A DNA stretch of 64,000 nucleotides, taken from an uncultured Verrucomicrobiae bacterium. GTDB taxonomy: Bacteria; Verrucomicrobiota; Verrucomicrobiia; Chthoniobacterales; JAFAMB01. Position numbers and translations under genes: made by a program. The DNA is taken from the NCBI GenBank assembly GCA_963837955.1, contig CAWIPH010000002.1, positions 4,224,001 to 4,288,000 on the forward strand, in the 5' to 3' direction. A model generated the notes under the pieces. The model did not search any database. It was not told where the DNA came from and saw only the letters and a list, made by a program, of their open reading frames with translations. Positions 58,334 to 64,000 of the stretch are shown in pieces. Numbering within the stretch: the first letter of the stretch is position 1; the number at the start of each line of letters is the position of its first letter.

Positions 58334-59413
58334 ATGGCTCAAACGACCGAACTACCAGCGATGAGGGCGAATACGGACGCGCGCCGGTTCCATCATCGAA
58401 AAGCAATCCTGCTTTTGATTTTGGCCTGTCTATTTTGGGGCATCAGCTTCCCGACAGGTAAAGCCTTAACGCAGCTCTACCTCCAATCGATCAATGAGGC
58501 ATCCAGCTGGTTTGTAGTGAGTCTGCAAGGAGCTATTCGCTTTCTTCTCGCGGGTCTGCTGATGGTGCCGTTCGGCTGGCGGGAGCTCCGAACGCTTGAT
58601 AGCCAAGAACTCTTACAGGGCTTTGGCCTCGGACTCTTTGGCGGAGCAGGGATGCTCTTGCAAATGGACGGCCTTGCCTACACCTCTGCTTCGGTCTCTG
58701 CATTCCTGACCCAGGCTTATTGCATTCTCCTTCCGATCTACCATTTCTCGCGTACCCGAAGGCTGCCGGCATTCCGCGATTTCTTAGCGATATTCATGGT
58801 GATTACCGGCATCGCCATCCTGGCTAATGTTGATTGGAAAACATTCAAAATCGGTCGAGGTGAATTGGAGACGCTCGTCAGCGCAGTCTTCTTCACTTTT
58901 CAAATCCTTTGGTTGGAGCGGCCGGCGTTTCGGCGAAACCGTACGCGCGTCGTTTCTACGACGATGTTTTTGTCAATGGGGTTGATTTTCGGCGTCGCGG
59001 CATTTTGCACACATCCGAATGGATTCAATTGCGCTGAGGCGCTCAATTCGTTTCCGAAAGTTTTCCTCACGCTCTTGCTCGTATTTTTTTGCACGCTTCT
59101 CGCCTTCAACCTGATGAACCATTGCCAGCCGGCAATTAGCTCAACCGAGGCCGGAATTGTGTACACCACCGAACCGCTGTTTGCCTCGCTGTTCGCTCTT
59201 TTCCTGCCGGCGCAGTTCAGCGCCTTGACGAATATTGATTACGCTAACGAGCAGTTCTCATTAACCTTGCTGACGGGCGGCGGGCTCATCCTGCTCGCAA
59301 ATCTCATCCTGCAAATTCGCTCTGGAAAAGCGATACCGCCTGTCGCGGAAGTCAGGACGACAACTGAAATATCACCGGAATCCCCTCCGGGGATTCAAAA
59401 ACCGATTTCTTGA
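58334..59413 (+). CDS. DMT/EamA family transporter
   Basis: WGISF, YTSASVSAFL, EPLFA; about 10 TM helices. Confidence 0.88.
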   Translation: MAQTTELPAMRANTDARRFHHRKAILLLILACLFWGISFPTGKALTQLYLQSINEASSWFVVSLQGAIRFLLAGLLMVPFGWRELRTLDSQELLQGFGLGLFGGAGMLLQMDGLAYTSASVSAFLTQAYCILLPIYHFSRTRRLPAFRDFLAIFMVITGIAILANVDWKTFKIGRGELETLVSAVFFTFQILWLERPAFRRNRTRVVSTTMFLSMGLIFGVAAFCTHPNGFNCAEALNSFPKVFLTLLLVFFCTLLAFNLMNHCQPAISSTEAGIVYTTEPLFASLFALFLPAQFSALTNIDYANEQFSLTLLTGGGLILLANLILQIRSGKAIPPVAEVRTTTEISPESPPGIQKPIS

Positions 59414-59444
59414 CGGCTCTGCCTAGAACGAACGAGTTTAAACC

Positions 59445-60509
59445 ATGCGCGCTTTTGGTTTGGCGATTATCATCTTAGCGTTCGGGCCGGTCGCTCCCGG
59501 CCAAGATTCCGTCGACACGGATTGGACGAAGCTCGTCCAACTCGAAAAACGCTGTGAGGAGAGACCCGGAGCCGGCGAAAATGCCGTCGAGTTTTACGCT
59601 CAGCGAGAACGCGATCTCTACGAAGCGGCTCGAGTCTACCTGCAGAATTACCCGAACGACGCTCATGCTGGGACAGCACTGGCATGGAAACTCAAGAATG
59701 CGGATTTTTCTGGATCGGCCACCGACCGCAATAGTTTGCTTGATCAATTAGAAAATGAGGCTCGCAGTTTTGTCGCCAGCCATTCATTGCCTGCCGAATT
59801 ACGGCAGCAAATCGTTGTTACGTTGATTCATCAGCGACTTAACAACGATGACTTGATCACGACAGACTCGGCCCCGCATTTGGAACAACAAATTGCGGAT
59901 TACTTGCAGGAGAATCCCGCTGATCCCAAAAAGATTTCCCTCGAGCTGGCCCGCGCAAATCTGCTCTATCGACTGGACGCCCAAAAGGCTAAGTCTTTCT
60001 TAGAGAAGCTGCTCGGTGATCCTGATCAGCAGCTGGCGCAAGCCGCCCGGGTGCGATTAGCGAAGGTTGAGCTACTAGGCCGACCTCTCGATTTACGTTT
60101 TACGGCGACAAACGGGACCACGGTTGATCTTGGGCAACTACGCGGAAAAGTCATACTGATCGATTTCTGGGCTTCGTGGTGTCCTGACTGTGTCCGAGAG
60201 CTGCCCGAAATACAGAAGCTCGATCAGGCTTACCGATCCTCCGGTTTGCTGATACTTGGAATTTCCTTGGATCGCGACCGCCAGGCGATGGCGAACTTTG
60301 TCGTCAAGAAATCAATCAGTTGGCCGATTTATTTCGACGGCAAAGGTTGGGATAACGCGTACGCCGTGCAATATAGCGTGCGGTCGATTCCGGAGATTTG
60401 GTTAATTAACAAGGATGGAATCGTCGAAACCACTTCTGCTGATATTTCAAGCCTCGACGCAACCGTGCAGCGACTGTTGAAGACCTCGCAAATCGTAAAG
60501 GCTCCCTAA
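59445..60509 (+). CDS. TlpA-like thiol-disulfide oxidoreductase with helical N-terminus
   Basis: Signal peptide, DFWASWCPDC, ISLD, SIP. Confidence 0.88.
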   Translation: MRAFGLAIIILAFGPVAPGQDSVDTDWTKLVQLEKRCEERPGAGENAVEFYAQRERDLYEAARVYLQNYPNDAHAGTALAWKLKNADFSGSATDRNSLLDQLENEARSFVASHSLPAELRQQIVVTLIHQRLNNDDLITTDSAPHLEQQIADYLQENPADPKKISLELARANLLYRLDAQKAKSFLEKLLGDPDQQLAQAARVRLAKVELLGRPLDLRFTATNGTTVDLGQLRGKVILIDFWASWCPDCVRELPEIQKLDQAYRSSGLLILGISLDRDRQAMANFVVKKSISWPIYFDGKGWDNAYAVQYSVRSIPEIWLINKDGIVETTSADISSLDATVQRLLKTSQIVKAP

Positions 60510-60533
60510 ATCCTTCCCGTTGATCACTCTTCC

Positions 60534-61403
60534 ATGAACGACCAACCGGCCGCGATCGGCATAATCGGCGGGAGCGGCCTTTACCAGATTGAAGGTATCG
60601 CCGCGCCGAAAGAGCTTCAGGTCGAGACTCCGTTTGGAAAGCCGTCGGACGCTATCATCTCCGGAACTCTGCACGGGCGCTCAGTTTTCTTTCTCCCGCG
60701 ACACGCTCGCGGACACCGAATATTGCCGACGGAACTGAATCACCGGGCCAATATCTATGCCCTGCGCACACTCAACGTGCGATGGATTATCAGCATTGGT
60801 GCGGTAGGTAGTTTGCAGGAGCAGTATCGCCCACGGGATATCCTGCTGCCGGATCAATTTTTTGATCGCACCAGCCAGAGAGCTAACGCGACCTTCTTCG
60901 GCGAAGGGATAGTCGCCCACGTCGCACTAGCCGATCCAGTCAGCACCTCATTGCGCACGATCATCGCTGAAGAAGCAACGGCTCTCGGATACCGGGTTCA
61001 GAACGGCGGCACTTACATCAACATGGACGGTCCCGCATTTTCGACCCGGGCGGAATCGGACTTTCATCGGCGAATGGGATTTGATGTGATCGGTATGACT
61101 AACTCGCCAGAAGCAAAGCTATCGCGAGAGGCGGAGATCGCGTTTGCTTCGATCTGTTTCATAACCGATTACGACTGCTGGAAAGTCGACGACGAGCCGG
61201 TGAACGCTCAGACAATCATCGGACATCTGCTGACGAATGCTGATGCGGCTCGCCGTATATTACCAACCATCATTCGGAGAATTCCCAACGAGCCAACCTG
61301 GCCTGAACATCGAGCCCTTGACTTCGCTCTGGTGACTGATCGGAAACTTTGGCCGGAATTGACGGTTAAGAAGTTAGAAGTCATTCTCAAACGTTTCCTT
61401 TAA
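60534..61403 (+). CDS. mtnP: S-methyl-5'-thioadenosine phosphorylase
   Basis: IGIIGGSG, TPFG, PRH, FSTRAES, GMT, TDYD. Confidence 0.92.
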   Translation: MNDQPAAIGIIGGSGLYQIEGIAAPKELQVETPFGKPSDAIISGTLHGRSVFFLPRHARGHRILPTELNHRANIYALRTLNVRWIISIGAVGSLQEQYRPRDILLPDQFFDRTSQRANATFFGEGIVAHVALADPVSTSLRTIIAEEATALGYRVQNGGTYINMDGPAFSTRAESDFHRRMGFDVIGMTNSPEAKLSREAEIAFASICFITDYDCWKVDDEPVNAQTIIGHLLTNADAARRILPTIIRRIPNEPTWPEHRALDFALVTDRKLWPELTVKKLEVILKRFL

Positions 61404-61407
61404 TCTC

Positions 61408-62205
61408 ATGCGCTTTTCTCTTGGACTTTTTTTGGCTTTCAGCGGCTTTGCCTCCATGCTTGGGGCGGAAGAGTCAGCCGTTCCCACTCCGTCACCCGCC
61501 AATTCTCCCGCTCCGACTGCCTTGAAACCCGCAACTTATTTCCAGATCAATGTTGACGGTCCCTACATCGCAATGACGTTCGACGACGGACCTAGCCCGG
61601 AAACTACTCCGCGGCTGCTAGATATCCTCAAGCAGAGGAACATTAAGGCGACCTTCTTTATGATTGGTCAAAATGCGGAGCGGAACCCTGAAATCGTGAA
61701 GCGGATTTTGGCCGATGGCCATGAGATCGGGAATCATTCCTGGACTCATCCACAGTTCGCTAAGCTGTCGGACGATCGGGTCTCGGAAGAAATCACGAAG
61801 ACCCAAAACGCCATTAAAGCTGCTTCCGGCTATACCCCGACTCTGCTTCGACCACCGTACGGATCGATCACCGCTCGCCAAAAGGAATGGATCGAAAATC
61901 AGTTTGGTTTGAGTGTCATTCTGTGGTCGGTGGACCCATTTGATTGGAAGCGCCCAGGTGCTTCCGTAATCGAGCAGCGCATCCTTTCTGGTGCTCGACC
62001 TGGGGCCATCATTCTTTCCCACGACATTCATAAACAGACTGTCGATTCGATGCCATCCACGCTCGATGAATTGGCGGCAAAAGGTTTTAAGTTTGTGACC
62101 GTCAGCCAACTCATTGCGATGAACCGGCCCAAGTCCTCACCGGCCCCAAGCAGTACCGCGACTCAACCGCCCAAGCCTAAGTCAAAAAAGGCTGCGGCCA
62201 AATAA
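61408..62205 (+). CDS. polysaccharide deacetylase (CE4), secreted
   Basis: TFDDGP, HSWTH, RPPYG, DWK, LSHD. Confidence 0.92.
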   Translation: MRFSLGLFLAFSGFASMLGAEESAVPTPSPANSPAPTALKPATYFQINVDGPYIAMTFDDGPSPETTPRLLDILKQRNIKATFFMIGQNAERNPEIVKRILADGHEIGNHSWTHPQFAKLSDDRVSEEITKTQNAIKAASGYTPTLLRPPYGSITARQKEWIENQFGLSVILWSVDPFDWKRPGASVIEQRILSGARPGAIILSHDIHKQTVDSMPSTLDELAAKGFKFVTVSQLIAMNRPKSSPAPSSTATQPPKPKSKKAAAK

Positions 62206-62253
62206 GGTAACTCCCCTTTTGAAAACGGCCTTCGCTGCTTCGAACCCCAAACG

Positions 62254-63975
62254 ATGGTCGTAGAAAAATATTTCGAAACGCGATCGCAGCTCAGCCATGC
62301 GCTGAGCGCACTCGTGACACTCTCACAGCAAACCGGTGAACCGGACGCTACCATTCAGAATCTACAAAGTTTGGGAGCCAACCTTAATGAACCGCTTTTG
62401 TTTGTTGCAGTCGGCGAAGTGAAGGCAGGAAAGTCCTCGCTCCTCAATGCCTTGTTCGGACAAGACTTCTGCAAAACCGACGTACTTCCGGCTACGGACA
62501 AAATCTACATATTCAAATACGGTGACATGGAGCGGGACGTCTCGGTCTCCGAGAACGTCGCGGACTGCTATCGCCCGATCGAGTTTCTGAGGAACTTTAA
62601 CATCGTTGACACTCCGGGAACGAACACAATCGTTGCCAGTCACCAAGATATTACCACTAGCTTTGTACCGTTGGCCGATCTGATCGTTTTTGTCTTCTCG
62701 GTAGTAAATCCCTGGGCCGCCTCAGCGTGGGATTTTCTTCGATTACTTGGACACAGTTGGAAAAAGAACATAGTCTTCGTGTTGCAACAAGCCGATCTCC
62801 GGAGCCCGGAGGAAGTGCGCTCCATAATCCAACATTTGGAGCAAACGATTCTGCAGATACTGGGATCGAACCGCCCCATTTTCGCGGTTTCGGCCAGGCA
62901 AGCTCTCCAGGCCAAGTTGGAAGGAAAAGGAAAGGAGGATCCTCTCTGGCGAAGCAGTAATTTCGGCGCATTAGAAGACTGGATATCCACTACTGTCACC
63001 CAAAGCGAAGAGCGAGGCGGGAAGCTGCGATCTATTGCGCAAACGGGACAGGTGGTTTTGCAGAACGTTCAATCCAAGATTCGAGGTGCGCTCGATTTCC
63101 TCAAATCAGATGAGGAAAAAATCGCTTCGATCCGAGGCACCCTCAACGTGCGGAAAGAACAGACGTTACGCCAGGTGGGTGGTTTCATTCGCGAAATGGA
63201 GATGGCCTACGACGCTTGTCGGGAACGGGGCGAAAAGTTACTCGAAGAACGGCTCGGTATTTTTCAAACCTTCAAAATGATTTTCTCGGGCGGACGTTGG
63301 GAGAAAGATTTTCAAGATAAAATCGAAAGTGACGTTCGAACCAAGGTTCAAGCACAGATCGAGCGTGCACTCGAACTCTTGGAATCGGACCTCCGGCATA
63401 TCTGGCAAGAACTGCAAGACAAGGTGCAGGCTCAGTTCGATTCGGATACCAAAAAACAGGTCCGCGCGGCGGTTCCTGGCTTCTTAAGTCAGCGCGGAGT
63501 CATTTTACAAAAAATCCAACTCACCTTATTGGAGCAAACATCAGACGCCAAGATCAAGGAGCAACTCCAAGATTGGTTTGGAGAGACTGCTCGCTGGCTT
63601 CGGGTGCCGGCCGGAGTTGCGGCAGCCGGGGGAATCTTCACTATTATTGCCGCGCTAGCCCATGCGGCGATTCTCGATGTCACCGGCACGGTCGCGGGCC
63701 TGGCCGCATTTACCGGCACTGTCTACGCCGTGTTTCGACGCCGCCACATTCTCCGGGAATATCGGCTTCGCATGGACGAGAAAAGAAGGGAATTAGCCGA
63801 GGCCGTGGAAACTCAACTGCGGCATGCCATTACCGCGTTTTACCTCGAAGTCGGTCAAACTTTTGCTCCCCTCGAAAGTTTCTGCCAAGCCGAGATGGAG
63901 CGACATCTCCCGCTGCAAGAACGTGCCGCGGAAATTGAGAAGTCACTTTTGGAGATCAAGGGTCAGCTCGGATGA
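62254..63975 (+). CDS. bacterial dynamin-like GTPase
   Basis: GEVKAGKSS, LPAT, DTPG, long helical stalk, hydrophobic paddle near the C-terminus. Confidence 0.88.
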   Translation: MVVEKYFETRSQLSHALSALVTLSQQTGEPDATIQNLQSLGANLNEPLLFVAVGEVKAGKSSLLNALFGQDFCKTDVLPATDKIYIFKYGDMERDVSVSENVADCYRPIEFLRNFNIVDTPGTNTIVASHQDITTSFVPLADLIVFVFSVVNPWAASAWDFLRLLGHSWKKNIVFVLQQADLRSPEEVRSIIQHLEQTILQILGSNRPIFAVSARQALQAKLEGKGKEDPLWRSSNFGALEDWISTTVTQSEERGGKLRSIAQTGQVVLQNVQSKIRGALDFLKSDEEKIASIRGTLNVRKEQTLRQVGGFIREMEMAYDACRERGEKLLEERLGIFQTFKMIFSGGRWEKDFQDKIESDVRTKVQAQIERALELLESDLRHIWQELQDKVQAQFDSDTKKQVRAAVPGFLSQRGVILQKIQLTLLEQTSDAKIKEQLQDWFGETARWLRVPAGVAAAGGIFTIIAALAHAAILDVTGTVAGLAAFTGTVYAVFRRRHILREYRLRMDEKRRELAEAVETQLRHAITAFYLEVGQTFAPLESFCQAEMERHLPLQERAAEIEKSLLEIKGQLG

Positions 63976-64000
63976 AAGCCAATATCTGATAACCGATAGC

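Noticed and set aside
69..63938. Numerous antisense and overlapping ORFs in the ORF track
   Set aside because: They are shadows of well-supported genes in other frames and lack recognisable motifs

Overview
Mostly core chromosome of a bacterium that looks verrucomicrobial. This is inferred from the PVC-type dcw cluster with lysM between murD and ftsW, the murC-murB fusion, a divergent FtsZ and a TGTTC-N4-GAACA LexA box. The window holds polX/purK, a near-complete dcw cluster (mraZ to ftsZ, no ddl), a lone nuoA, an orphan ParA with an unknown partner, bioA, comF-accD-folC (folC frameshifted), tsaD, ctpA, tig-clpP-clpX, ispD, a DUF1460 amidase, an SOS-type radical SAM gene, mtnP and a dynamin-like GTPase. 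The most unusual part is a ~4.5 kb plasmid/ICE-derived cassette (40092-44547). It has a Rep_3-type initiator flanked by two divergent paralogues of a protein family I do not recognise (shared AxRHxxVRxAVxNAxxNRWG motif), a strongly structured ~300 nt intergenic segment and a VirD4/TraD-like coupling ATPase, with no relaxase, integrase or T4SS nearby. Intergenic spaces carry several REP-like palindrome families, some nested inside each other or tandemly amplified. No rRNA, tRNA or CRISPR array was seen. All calls come from reading motifs by eye; no database searches were run.
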